Shown: positions 42,521 through 56,180, counted from the first letter of the stretch. The stretch is 64,000 bases of DNA from Octopus vulgaris (GCA_951406725.2 OX597815.1:45818001-45882000); one strand, 5' to 3'. Notes: generated by a model from the letters alone, not told the origin. A program made the numbers and translations.

Positions 42521-43125
42521 TCGAACTACTCGTGGCTTTTCTGTTCAAAGGAGAGCAAGCAGAAGATGAAAGAAGAGAGTAAACAACAGTAGAAGTAGTA
42601 ATACAATAACAATCCTTAAGGGGAGGAAACATAGCTTCTACTGGTTCACTAACGGTCATTATTCCGAGGATAACCAGAGCGGAAAAAATCACTTCTAGAT
42701 TAGAGTTACAAGCAGCATGGACCAATGAAGAAGCAGATTGTCAGAAAGTCGAGCGATTTAGTTGCCCAGCATAGAGCTCACCCACACTAAATGCCTTAAG
42801 TTTATGGAAACACTGATTTGATCGATTTGATGTTAGAACTGAAAGAGAATCAACCAATTAATATGTTGATTGCAGGCGAGATAGAGGATCAGTAACAGGT
42901 TTCTCAAGATACATGTTTGCAAGTAATGTAATTAACATGAAGTTCAAAGTTATCTTCTTTGCTTTTCTTGACAAGTATTAATCATTAATGCTAATGATTC
43001 TGTGTGTGTATGTGTAATCGACTAACCTTCTCACCATAAAAATTTCAGGCCTTTTGCCTATGGTAGAATAAAAATGATTAACGGCAAAAGGAAACATAGC
43101 AACAAAGACAGAAAATGATTATAAT

Positions 43126-43335
<210 letters not shown>

Positions 43336-43411
43336 CAACTAGTAAACATAACGAAGTCGGAAATAGTCATTGCACATGAAATACAGATAATGTTTGAATA
43401 TCAAATTTTAC

Positions 43412-43586
43412 CTCTAGTTTCACCCCAGCCACTGATCCAGCAATTCTTTTCTTTGAATAACTGAGTTGTCTCTAATGGCGGTAAACAAGCCATCCGAATG
43501 TTAGTATCGTAAGTATTAACTGGTTCATCAAGTTGTAACATTGCAATATCATTCGGGAAGTTACTGGCCCGTTCGTAACCGGGATG
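43412..43586 (-). CDS. S1A serine protease exon with catalytic Asp (HPGYERASNFPNDIAMLQLDEPVNTYDTNIRMACLPPLETTQLFKEKNCWISGWGETR)
   Basis: ctattag|...G|gtaaaa; motifs NDIAML, ACLP and CWISGWG. Confidence 0.95.
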
Positions 43587-43883
43587 CTAATAGATGGAAG
43601 TAAAAAGATAAAAAGTAAAAAGAACGTTAGAAGAAAAATTGAAACACTTACATTACAAATTATACATAAATAAATGGTTATATATTCGTAACCAAACTTG
43701 AACTGAAATTCGTTTATAGGCAAAATAAATAAATATAGTAAAAATAGAAAATTAAAAAAAAAAAATATTGAGGATCTAAGCTTGGTGAATGAACGGGATG
43801 ATCTCTGTCTGTCATAATATTTTTCTGTCTCTCCCTACCTTCCCCTTTTTTTTTCTCTCTCTCTCAAACACACACACATTTAT

Positions 43884-43939
<56 letters not shown>

Positions 43940-44057
43940 TTATATTATTCAATAAACACGATATGTGTTTAAATGTTCTACCATTAGTTTCATGTGCTGA
44001 GAACTTACCAATGTTTTATAAAAGTCTGGTATCCCGGCACACACACACACAAACACA

Positions 44058-44133
<76 letters not shown>

Positions 44134-44370
44134 TACAACATCGATTTTCCAGAACCTTTGGCTCCAAAGTCTTTCCTAATTACTGATTTTTCCGTCCAGA
44201 GGTGATTAACTTGACCAACACACTCTAAATATCAAATATCTAAATATCTAAATATCAAATATACTTAAGTAATTAAATGAAAAAAAAGGTACCTGGTACA
44301 AGTTTACTAACATTATACTGTGCAAGGTGCTAATAACCAAATCTGGGGGCTGAGAAAATTTTGTCCATTG

Positions 44371-44454
<84 letters not shown>

Positions 44455-44457
44455 ATA

Positions 44458-44498
<41 letters not shown>

Positions 44499-44596
44499 AT
44501 GTGTATGTATGTATATATATGTGTGTGTGTGAGTATGTGTGTATATGTATGTATATATGTATATGTGTGTGTATGTATATATGTATGTATATGTAA

Positions 44597-44654
<58 letters not shown>

Positions 44655-44657
<3 letters not shown>

Positions 44658-44849
44658 TATATAGAAGGAGCTTCTACAGGACTAGAACTGTTTCATTCAA
44701 GAGAAATCATCAGGAAGCTTCCTGATGATTTCTCTTGAATGAAACAGTTCTAGTCCTGTAGAAGCTCCTTCTATATAATAAATTAATTTTACTCTGCTAT
44801 GTATTGAGTACCTTATTTACTGTGGTTAACCCCGAATCAACCCGGGACC

Positions 44850-44852
<3 letters not shown>
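44655..44852. mobile_element. Short PLE-type pseudo-LTR with 5' inversion: perfect 126-bp palindrome (44655-44780) carrying an HHR on each strand, plus tail, inserted in (TA)n
   Basis: Centre aag|ctt at 44717/44718. HHR agcttc CTGATGA tttctcttgaat GAAA cagttctagtcctg TA gaagct at 44716-44766 (+) and 44669-44719 (-). Confidence 0.85.
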
Positions 44853-44888
<36 letters not shown>

Positions 44889-45377
44889 CAAAATTAGAGA
44901 ATGGAGAAACATACTTAAATCAATAAAACATCAACTATCCGATGATACCCAATCAATACTTTAATACACCATTACATATGAGTAGAGGCATTATACAAAA
45001 AGAGATATACATTAATAGTAAAAAGATAAAGAGATATAAGTAAAAAAATTTCAAATATAATATGCAATTAATCAAAACTGACAGCTGTTTCGGCAGTGAG
45101 GGCAGTCATACCTCATTTAACCTATAAGCCATAAAGGCAGGTATAAATGAGGCATTAACAAGGATGCCCCACGGCCTCTTCAGAGAATTAAATTAAATTT
45201 GTTATAATTGTGAAAAATATTATATAATCGTATACATATAAATATAAAAATATAAAAATGTAAAATATAAAAACTTATACATCATAATGCTACACTTATA
45301 TAATATAATACACATTGGTACAATAAAGGAAGGTAAACAGAACAAAATAAAACAAAATATATATCAGTGTATATATT

Positions 45378-45962
45378 ACTACTACCATTACTAGTACTAG
45401 TGATAGGAATATAGCCGATAATGTGAAATTAACTCATTCGTTGATTTTGGGTTTGGATGATGATAACAATTGTAACACTTATAATGTGAATGGTAGTATA
45501 GGGGTGGAGACCAATCTTAGATTTCCTCATTCTGTTAATCTTTGTAATTGCAGAAACAAAAATAAATGTGTATTTGGTAATCAATGCCTCAGGAAGGAGG
45601 TAGTTTACCAATGCACTGTAGATACACAATTGAGTAGTAGGGTGTATATCGGGGCAACTATGAATAGCATAAAACAAAGATTGAATTATCACAGATATAC
45701 TTTTAGAAATAAAAATAGAATGTACTCTACAGGGCTTAGTGCATATATTTGGGAACTTAAAAGTAAGAACTTGGATTTTAGATTAAACTGGAAAATACTA
45801 ACTTCAGCACCTGTGTATAATGGAAAAAATAAAAAATGCTCTCTATGTATTAATGAAATTTTTTTCATTATTAAAGCGGGTCGGCAAATTATTAACAACA
45901 TTAATGAAAAAAACTTCTTTTGCATTCATAGGCTACCGTTCACCTTTTCTAGATTCAAATAG
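45378..45962 (+). CDS. C-terminal GIY-YIG endonuclease domain of a PLE (CxCx5C linker); 5'-truncated, no RT
   Basis: CNCRNKNKC..C..VVYQC..VYIGAT..KQR..H..STGLSAYIWELK..WKIL..CSLC..E. The frame is open back to the inversion junction. Confidence 0.85.
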   Translation, partial: TTTITSTSDRNIADNVKLTHSLILGLDDDNNCNTYNVNGSIGVETNLRFPHSVNLCNCRNKNKCVFGNQCLRKEVVYQCTVDTQLSSRVYIGATMNSIKQRLNYHRYTFRNKNRMYSTGLSAYIWELKSKNLDFRLNWKILTSAPVYNGKNKKCSLCINEIFFIIKAGRQIINNINEKNFFCIHRLPFTFSRFK

Positions 45963-47657
45963 AACTTAGCACTTCCACTATTATTAATTTTTTAACTCCC
46001 TTCTTTAACTAACTATACCTGTGGTCTTCTATAATTCTAAAGTATACAACTTATAAATTTATAATTTTATAATTTTTATAGCTACATTTGTATAATAATA
46101 ATAGATGTGTCTAGTATTATTTGTTTCTTGTTTTTGTATGTGGGTTTTTGTTTGTTTTTTAAGGGAAATGCAATATGACAGGAAATAACATATTCATTTT
46201 GGTATTTGCCTTGTAATATGTGATTTTTGAAGTTTTCTAATATTGCATAGTATATTGCATAGTATATATGTATATCTTGGTTAGATACCTAGCTCTAGAT
46301 AATGTAATGTTATTGTATAATATGTAATATAGGAGAGCCTTTTATGAGTTTGGTGTGTTTAGGTTGAGAATATAGGTTTTTTGTATGTGTTTATTTGGAA
46401 GGTTTTTATTGTATATTTGGTCTTTCTTTGTACTCACCTTAATTTGTATCTTATGCTATTTACTAATAAACCTTTTTCATTTTTTTCATTTTTTTCATTT
46501 TTTCATTTACATACATTTGGCTTTATAAATATTACCAGCCTTATATATTTAGTTTATATCTATAGTCCTCTGGATCTGTACTTTAAATTATCCTTCCATA
46601 CATATTTACCTTCAACAATATAACATATATATTCACTTTATTTATTTTTTATTTTATTGTAATGTTATCAATCTCTGCATTTAGTCTTCTAATTATTTAT
46701 TTATTTGCCTATTTAAGTGTGGATGTTTACATACATATCAAGTCATCTAATTTGTTATCTATTTATTTTTTACTTATTTACTTATACTAGGGTAGTTTTA
46801 TACATACATATCTATCATTTATTTTTATTTAAATTTTAATAATATATGTATACATATATACTGGTTTGTACTTATAATATGTGTATAACCGTATTTATTC
46901 CTTCGTGTTTATTCCTTCTTATTTATTTTATCGCATTTTATCTTAAGTATTTATAATATAAATTTTTAAAAATTTCTGTGATGTTCTCATAAGCGTTTAC
47001 ATTAGTACTTCCCCTTCTATTTTTTAATACCTAAACTGGTATATTATGGCATTAAATTTATTAAGTAAATATGTGATTTATTTATAATATATAAATTAAT
47101 ATATATTTTATATTTTTTATTTTATATTTTAGCGTACTTGGAATCATAACAAACTTACGATAAATCTAACAACCGTATGTTTACTATGCAACAAACCGGT
47201 GTTATAAATTTTAAGTTACCCATGGAATAATTATCTGACTTAGTAACATACTGATATTTAAAAATATATTTATATCTAAATTAAATATTTTATGAAAGGC
47301 ATGGATGGTTCTTTTTTCGGTATTTGAGGCACAGTTATAATTTTGAAGGACTAAATGGTAGCATAGTTGCTTCCCTTTTTGTTTATCTATGTGCTAGTTG
47401 TTGCTTGTGATTATGTATGCGTATAAGTGTATGTATATACATATAACTATGTGTGTATGTGCGATTGATCTGTAGATGCGTGTGTGAATATTGGCGTTCC
47501 TTGACTAACCAACCGTATAATTTTCTTTTGTGATTTAAATTTCAAACCAATAGCCAATCGAATTAATCTAAATTTTCTTTACCTAGTGGTCAGCATTTCT
47601 AAACTCATAGTTATTTCGTTCTTGAAAGGATGGACTTTGTGCAAACTTAACTGTATC

Positions 47658-47778
<121 letters not shown>

Positions 47779-48104
47779 TTTTATTAACTTTTATAGCTTT
47801 AGAATTTTATGAACTGAACCATGGTTTTAATTATTATTCTTCATCTCCCTATGTGTTAGGTTTTTTTAAAAAAAAATATTAGCCAAATATGTATAATATC
47901 GGTACTTATTAATATTAATATATACACTGATATATATTTTGTTTTATTTTGTTCTGTTTACCTTCCTTTATTGTACCAATGTGTATTATATTATATAAGT
48001 GTAGCATTATGATGTATAAGTTTTTATATTTTACATTTTTATATTTTTATATTTATATGTATACGATTATATAATATTTTTCACAATTATAACAAATTTA
48101 ATTT

Positions 48105-48220
48105 AATTCTCTGAAGAGGCCGTGGGGCATCCTTGTTAATGCCTCATTTATACCTGCCTTTATGGCTTATAGGTTAAATGAGGTATGACTGCCCTCACTG
48201 CCGAAACAGCTGTCAGTTTT
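48105..48220 (+). ncRNA. Type I hammerhead ribozyme motif with about 85-nt stem II (mirror copy at about 45074-45189, minus strand)
   Basis: CTGAAGA (48111) ggc.gtggggca...gcctcattta...taaatgaggt...tgccctcac.gcc GAAA cagctg TC (48213-48214); palindromic stem III. Confidence 0.8.
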
Positions 48221-48625
48221 GATTAATTGCATATTATATTTGAAATTTTTTACTTATATCTCTTTATCTTTTTACTATTAATGTATATCTCTTTTTGTAT
48301 AATGCCTCTACTCATATGTAATGGTGTATTAAAGTATTGATTGGGTATCATCGGATAGTTGATGTTTTATTGATTTAAGTATGTTTCTCCATTCTCTAAT
48401 TTTGTAGTATTAATTTACGGTAATATTATTACCTTTACCCATATAATACATTAGATGAACTGATTGTTTGACAATTTTTAGCATCTATGTATTAATCTTG
48501 TTGGGTACCTATCTGGCAGTATATTGGATATATATTATCCCATGGTGGGTTGAATTTTCAACCCCTATCTCATTTTATATATATATATATATATGTGTAT
48601 ATGTGTATGTGTGTGTATGTATAAG

Positions 48626-48682
<57 letters not shown>

Positions 48683-48821
48683 GTGTGTGTATGTATATGT
48701 ATGTATGTATGTGTGTGTATGTGTATGTGTATATGTACATATACGTGTACGCTCGTGTGTTTATGTATATGTAGGTACGTAGAGTTATGTATGTGTGTAT
48801 GTATATGTACATATGTGTAAG

Positions 48822-48850
<29 letters not shown>

Positions 48851-48860
<10 letters not shown>

Positions 48861-49227
48861 AAGTTTATATGTATGTATCCGTCTGTATCATAGGTAACTG
48901 CACGTATATATACTTAATATTTATTATTTATTTTTTGAGTATGCATGTATATGAATAACTGCACGTATATATATTTTATTATTTATTTTTTGGAGTATGC
49001 ATGTAAGTATATGAACATAAGGAGGCGTGTGTGTGTGTGTGTGTATGTGTAAGCATATGTATAGATATATGTATACTTTTACGCATGTGTGTACTTATGT
49101 GTATATATGGATGCGCGTGTGTGTGTGTGTATATGGGTACGCATGTATATGTGTATGTGTGTGTATGTGTATATGTGTATGTATGTGTGTGTGTATATAT
49201 GTATATGTATGTATGTACATGTATGTG

Positions 49228-49264
<37 letters not shown>

Positions 49265-49396
49265 GTGTATGTGTATGTGTATGTATATGTATGTGTATGT
49301 ATGCGCGTATATGTATGTATATGTATATGTGTGGGTGTGTGTATGTGTATATATGTATGTATGGGTGTATGTATGTATGTATGTATGTATGTATAC

Positions 49397-49438
<42 letters not shown>

Positions 49439-49850
49439 TTGTATGTAGGTGTATATGTATGTGTGTATATATATTTATTGGTGTATATGTATGGACTAGT
49501 CTTCTAAGCGTGTAGACATGAATCTGTAGGTACGCGTACGTATGTGTATATATGTGAATGTATGTAGATGTATGTATGTATGAATATAACGCGTGCGTGC
49601 GTGTATGTGTATGAGTGTACGAATGAGTGAGTGTGCGTGCTAATGAGTGTGCGTGCGTGAGTGAGTGCTTGTTTTCAAGTAGAAAGATAAATGGACTTGC
49701 TGTCGTAGCCAAGATGCTTGTGACCCGCGGTCAAAGATAACAAAAGTAATAAATGAAGATAATAATAAAATTAAAATTAGGGAATGGGTTTGTATTTGTA
49801 TGTATATGTGTGTATGTGTAGGTATGTATAGGTACACATATGTATATGTA

Positions 49851-49907
<57 letters not shown>

Positions 49908-50054
49908 GTGTATATAGGGACTTGTGTGTGCATGTGTGTATGTGGATATGTGTGTGTATGTGTATGTGTGTGTATGTATATATTTTTGTGTGTATATGTA
50001 TGTGTGGTCGTGTGTGTATATATACATATGTGTGTGTGTATGTGTATGTGCATA

Positions 50055-50099
<45 letters not shown>

Positions 50100-50647
50100 A
50101 AGTTTATATGTATGTATCCGTCTGTATCATAGGTAACTGCACGTATATATACTTAATATTTATTATTTATTTTTTGAGTATGCATGTATATGAATAACTG
50201 CACGTATATATATTTTATTATTTATTTTTTGGAGTATGCATGTAAGTATATGAACATAAGGAGGCGTGTGTGTGTGTGTGTATGTGTAAGCATATGTATA
50301 GATATATGTATACTTTTACGCATATGTGTACTTATGTGTATATATGGATGCGCGTGTGTGTGTGTGTATATGGGTACGCATGTATATGTGTATGTGTGTG
50401 TATGTGTATATGTGTATGTATGTGTGTGTGTATATATGTATATGTATGTATGTACATGTATGTGTGTGTATATATATATATATGTATATATATGTATATA
50501 TATATATGTGTATGTGTATGTGTATGTATATGTATGTGTATGTATGCGCGTATATGTATGTATATGTATATGTGTGGGTGTGTGTATGTGTATATATGTA
50601 TGTATGGGTGTATGTATGTATGTATGTATGTATGTATGTATGTATAC

Positions 50648-50701
<54 letters not shown>

Positions 50702-51113
50702 TTGTATGTAGGTGTATATGTATGTGTGTATATATATTTATTGGTGTATATGTATGGACTAGTCTTCTAAGCGTGTAGACATGAATCTGTAGGTACGCGT
50801 ACGTATGTGTATATATGTGAATGTATGTAGATGTATGTATGTATGAATATAACGCGTGCGTGCGTGTATGTGTATGAGTGTACGAATGAGTGAGTGTGCG
50901 TGCTAATGAGTGTGCGTGCGTGAGTGAGTGCTTGTTTTCAAGTAGAAAGATAAATGGACTTGCTGTCGTAGCCAAGATGCTTGTGACCCGCGGTCAAAGA
51001 TAACAAAAGTAATAAATGAAGATAATAATAAAATTAAAAATAGGGAATGGGTTTGTATTTCTATGTATATGTGTGTATGTGTAGGTATGTATAGGTACAC
51101 ATATGTATATGTA

Positions 51114-51168
<55 letters not shown>

Positions 51169-51309
51169 GTGTATATAGGGACTTGTGTGTGCATGTGTGT
51201 ATGTGGATATGTGTGTGTATGTGTGTGTATGTATATATTTTTGTGTGTATATGTATGTGTGGTCGTGTGTGTATATATACATATGTGTGTGTGTATGTGT
51301 ATGTGCATA

Positions 51310-51340
<31 letters not shown>
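48851..51340. repeat. Tandem duplication of a microsatellite-rich unit of about 1.25 kb
   Basis: Unique strings recur: ccgtctgtatcataggtaactgcacg at about 48879/50118 and ttcaagtagaaagataaatggacttgctgtcg at about 49674/50937. Confidence 0.9.
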
Positions 51341-51346
<6 letters not shown>

Positions 51347-51672
51347 ATATATATATATGTGTATGTATATATGTATGTATATATATATGTGTGTGTGTGT
51401 ATGTATGTGTGTATGTATATGTGTGTGTTTGTGTGTATATATATACATATGTGTATATGTATAAGTGAGAATCTCCTTATTTACCTAAAACTCTATTCTT
51501 CTATATATTTTTTTATTCTTTTATTTATTCTTTTATCTAATTTACCACTGACTCCTTGACCACTCCCCCAAGTATGATATTTTTGCGCTATGCCTACCCC
51601 CAAAAAAGTCCCCCACCACCACCCCTTTAAACCTGCCTAAATGTATAAATGCCAATACAATTATTGTTAACT

Positions 51673-51723
51673 AGCTTCCTGATGATTTCTCTTGAATGAA
51701 ACAGTTCTAGTCCTGTAGAAGCT
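51673..51723 (+). ncRNA. Minimal type I hammerhead motif identical to that at 44716-44766, followed by (TA)n
   Basis: agcttc CTGATGA tttctcttgaat GAAA cagttctagtcctg TA gaagct. Confidence 0.8.
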
Positions 51724-51728
51724 CCTTC

Positions 51729-51769
<41 letters not shown>

Positions 51770-51772
51770 AAT

Positions 51773-51854
<82 letters not shown>

Positions 51855-51930
51855 ACACACATACACACGTATATATATATGTATATGTATGTATACACGC
51901 AAAAACACACACACACACATATAAGTATAG

Positions 51931-52262
51931 GCAGTGATACCTCGCAGTACGAGTTTAATTCGTTCAATGGCCGAGCTCATCTTATGATTTACTCGTTTTA
52001 CAAATAAATTTTCCCCATTGAAACTAACTAAAATATAATTAATCCATTCCAAGCCCTCCAAAACCAATCACAAATAATTTTTTCTGGGGTTTTAAAACAG
52101 AAAAAGGTGCAGTAACAAGTAAAATGACAATTATCAAAAAGAGAATGCAAAAGAAATACTTAAACTGGTTATTAACTGAATTATCTAAAAGATGGGATAA
52201 TTTGTGTACTCGTTCTGCGGATTTTCGCTCGTACTTCAATTCGCACGAGACTTGGCGATATC
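51931..52262. mobile_element. Tigger/pogo-like non-autonomous fragment
   Basis: Begins cagtgatacctcgcagtacgagtttaattcgttc, resembling Tigger-type ends. Confidence 0.5.
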
Positions 52263-52275
52263 TCAAAGATATATA

Positions 52276-54740
52276 GATATATATGTATATGTTCATATTT
52301 GTGCACACGTAAACACATCACACATGGAAGCACTCCGTCGGTTACGACGACGAGGGTTCCGGTTGATCCGAATCAACGGAACAGCCTGCTCGTGAAATTA
52401 ACGTGTAAGTGGCTGAGCACTCCACAGACACGTGTACCCTTAACGTAGTTCTCGGGGATATTCAGCGTGACACAGAGAGTGACAGGGCCGGCCCTTTGAA
52501 ATACAGGTACAACAGAAACAGGAAGTAAGAGTGAGAGAAAGTTGTGGTGAAAGAGTACAGCAGGGATCACCACCATCCCCTGCCGGAGCCTCGTGGAGCT
52601 TTAGGTGTTTTGGCTCAATAAACACTCACAACGCCCGGTCTGGGAATCGAAACCGCGATCCTATGACCGCGAGTCCGCTGCCCTAACCACTGGGCCATTG
52701 CGCCTCCACAAACACATCACACATACATAAACACACATTATAACTTTTTAAAAATAACTAATTAATATAATTAAAGATTCATCCCCGTAGTTAAATAAAT
52801 TTGGAAAGTTTTGGTCATTTTAGTTACTGCTCTTGATTTTTGTCCGAGTATTTGTCCTTCAGACAGCAAAAAGGAATTTTTTAAAAAGATGCAATACACT
52901 TATATGCTGTCACACTAATATTTTGAAATTCATCAATATCTGGTTGGCTGTTTTGTTTTGAATATATTTTAAAGCTCCAGCCTAGAACTTTCTAAAGGAG
53001 AAAGAGAGCCAAGTACAAAAGAGGGAAAGCAGCTGTTCTTATTGAATTTCGGAATCTGGAGTGTTTTGCAAAGTCCAATAACAATGTTAGTAAAAAGGTT
53101 TTAGCAATGGTTTGAGATCATCTTTAACATATATACAATCAAATTCATATGGAATTCTCATAGGTGGAATTTCAAAAAATATATCGTTACGTTAATTTTT
53201 GTTGATGACTTTTTTTGTGAAGTGTAGTCCCGTTATCTTTCGGAACTTTGAATTTTATTTCACATATTTTCATATGTTTCCTTTTTCAAACGTTTAATTT
53301 TGGTGTGAACTTCTTATGAAGTGTAGTTCCTTTGTTTTTCGGAAGTTTGGGTCGTTCCTTGAGCATTTGTAGAAGGGGAAGATTTTGAATTTTTCTTCTT
53401 CACATATTTCCAAGTGTTTGCTCAGTGAAATTTTCCTTATCTCCTCTTGTGGAATATACTATCAATTCTTGCGCGTTGGCAAAGGGAATTATTGGTTTCT
53501 CCAATATAATTCTCCTTGCATTTGGGGCAAGCAATGTAGCATATAAAGTTTTGTGTCTTGCAGTTCATATTTGCATTTACTTTGAGTAAGAATCCACTCT
53601 TAAATTTTATGTGGGTGTCCCCGTCTATATATTTGTAGTTAGTGTTGTTGTTGCATATTCCACATCTACTGTCTCCACATTCCTTTACGGAGAATTCTGT
53701 TTCATTCTCTGCTGTGAATTTAACTCTTGTAAGTTGTTTTTAAGGTTTTTTTTTGCTGGCGTTTACTATTTCTCAGGTAGTTTTTGTCTATCAGTTTTCT
53801 CATTTTGGGGCTCTGTAAGAGTATTGGTAGGTTTGATTGCATAACGTGGAAAATATTGGTTATTCCAGAGTTGTATGCGTTAATAAATGGAATAGTATGT
53901 TCCTTGGTTTTTCCTTAGGAGTCCTAAGTTGTGTGATGTCTAATTTCATTGCTTTCGAGATTCCATTATTTATAAGTTTCACAGGGTAATTTTCTTCTTG
54001 TAAGAAGTTTTTGAGTTCATCAAGTCTAATCTGGTGCATTTGTGGGTCAGTTGCTATGGTGCAGATGCATCTTGCCATACTGTATGGGATGTTCCTTTTG
54101 ATGTGCAAGTGGTGACAAGAGTAGAAATTTAAATATTGGTGTGTGTCTGCTTATTTGTAAAATATGTCTGTTGTGACAGTGGACTTGTGTATTTTGATGT
54201 GAATGGCTAGAAATGGCAGTCCATTGTAGTTGGTTTCTGTTGTGAATTTGATAGATGGGTACAGTGTGTTGGGGGTATTGTGAAATGTTCGTAGCTCTTC
54301 TTTTGGTCTATCCCCCAAAATGAAGCAGTCATCGAGGTAGCTCTTCCACTTCTTGCAAAACACTCCAGATTCAGATATTTTATAAGAACAGCTGCTTTCC
54401 CCTTTTGTATTTGGATCTCTTTCTCCTTTAGAAAATTCTTGGTTGGAGCTTTAAAATATATTCAAAACAAAGCGGCCAAACAGAAATAAGATGAATTTGG
54501 AAATATAATTGTAACAGCATTGTGTACTGCTTTTTTTTTTTGAAATTCTATTTTGTAGTCTGAAGGACAAATACTCAGACAAAAATCAAGAGTAATAGCT
54601 AAAATGACCAAAACTTTCCAAATCTATTTAATCACAGAGATGAATCTTTAATTATATTAATTAATTATTTTAAAAAATCATAATGTGTACTTATGTATGC
54701 GTGGTGTGTGCATGTGTGCACAAATATGAACGTCTATATA
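52276..54740 (-). mobile_element. Degraded Neptune-like Penelope element (RT C-terminus + GIY-YIG, about 53220-54363) between diverged inverted flanks (52276-53042 and 54383-54740)
   Basis: YLDDCF, SIKFT, LPFL, TDIFYK, HQYLNFYSCHH.HIKRNIPYSMAR, then NMNCKT.NF...CPKCKENYIGETNN. The flanks are reverse complements of each other. Confidence 0.85.
52326..52709 (-). mobile_element. Full-length tRNA-derived SINE with 15-bp TSD
   Basis: Head ggaggcgcaatggcccagtggttagg...gtttcgattccc; TSD aaacacatcacacat at 52311-52325 and 52710-52724. Confidence 0.92.
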
Positions 54741-54755
54741 TATATATATATGTGC

Positions 54756-54797
<42 letters not shown>

Positions 54798-54799
<2 letters not shown>

Positions 54800-54970
54800 T
54801 TAGCCACTGCACACATTTTTTTCTCTCCTTGTTTTTTTTTTGTGTACCTTTCTGTAGAAGAGCGTAGGCTCGAAACGTAAAAGACTTTTTCTATTCCTGA
54901 CCGTTATACTAATACATCTGTTTGTTTTGTACACCACCTGTCTTCGTCTTTTGTTTTTTTCGTAAACTTT

Positions 54971-54975
<5 letters not shown>
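54798..54975 (+). mobile_element. Short (TA)n-inserted solo pseudo-LTR-like element with variant hammerhead (54848-54883)
   Basis: cttt CTGTAGA A gagc-gtag-gctc GAAA cg TA aaag. Homologous copy at 61916-62122 (-). Confidence 0.7.
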
Positions 54976-55034
<59 letters not shown>

Positions 55035-55530
55035 CTGTGTGAAATAGAAAAATCACTTTCGAAAACGACTAGAATTTCAATCAAAAAGAAGTTGATCGCA
55101 TCGATACAAATATTCTTTAATGAATACAAAAGATCAAGACCTTGAAATACAATTATGATTTCTACTGAAAAAAAAGTCAAAAACAATATCTAGTTTTTTT
55201 TTATTAAAACCTTGACCAAATTCGAATACAAAATTTCATTTTTCCTTCCCACCTTAAAAGGCCATTAAATACTAAACAAACACGTCTGGCCATACCAATA
55301 CAAAAGCCACACCTCTTTACCTTTACCTACTTCTAAAAAAATATACTTCTCCTTTGCTTGGTAAACCCCACAAAATTCTTTATACTTTATATATAAAAAG
55401 ACTAAGAAATCTAACTTTAAAAACATTTTTTGATAAATCCGATAACTGAAGAAAGCGCTAAAAAATGTAAATAAAAAATATATATAATCATCAAAATTCT
55501 GACTGCCTTATTATTCTCTCTCTCTCTATT

Positions 55531-55593
<63 letters not shown>

Positions 55594-55780
55594 ATATGTA
55601 TATATGTATAAATATATGTATATATATATGTGTATATAAATATATGTATATATATGTATACAAATATATGTATAGTTCTAATATAAACATAATATTTTTA
55701 TTGAAATATTCTATCAGTGGCCAGCATATGAAAAATACCTTTTAAGGTGAAAATATAAATATAAAAAAAATGAGCAAATA

Positions 55781-55972
55781 AATTTTTTTCTTTGCCAGTA
55801 TACTAAAAACTAGACGCTAAATCGTCTAACCACATAAGATATTTTCACTATATTATTACACCATGTTATTACACTATATTATTACACAGATGGTGTAATA
55901 ATGTAGTGAAAATATTTGATGTGGTTAGACGATTTAGCGTCTATTTTTCAGCATATTGGCAAAGAAAAAATT
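55781..55972. repeat. Foldback inverted repeat between (TA)n tracts
   Basis: tttctttgcca...tagacgctaaatcgtctaaccacat...tttcacta versus tagtgaaa...atgtggttagacgatttagcgtcta...tggcaaagaaa. Confidence 0.85.
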
Positions 55973-56003
55973 TTCTTTTGTCCTTATTTATAATTGTATT
56001 AAA

Positions 56004-56070
<67 letters not shown>

Positions 56071-56118
56071 TGTATGTATATGTATATATAAATATATGTA
56101 TGTATGTATGTATCTCTT

Positions 56119-56180
<62 letters not shown>

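Noticed and set aside
42660-42730. Peptide ITSRLELQAA resembling the BEL/Pao RNase H motif IPRLELxAA
   Set aside because: Too short, and no other BEL/Pao motifs or LTRs were recognised nearby.
52640-52709. tRNA-like sequences (also about 14960 and 30011)
   Set aside because: They are SINE heads continuing into SINE bodies, one with a TSD; no complete cloverleaf.
54555-54600. CTGAAGGA in the Neptune-like inverted flank as a hammerhead core
   Set aside because: No GAAA and no convincing stems follow in either arm.
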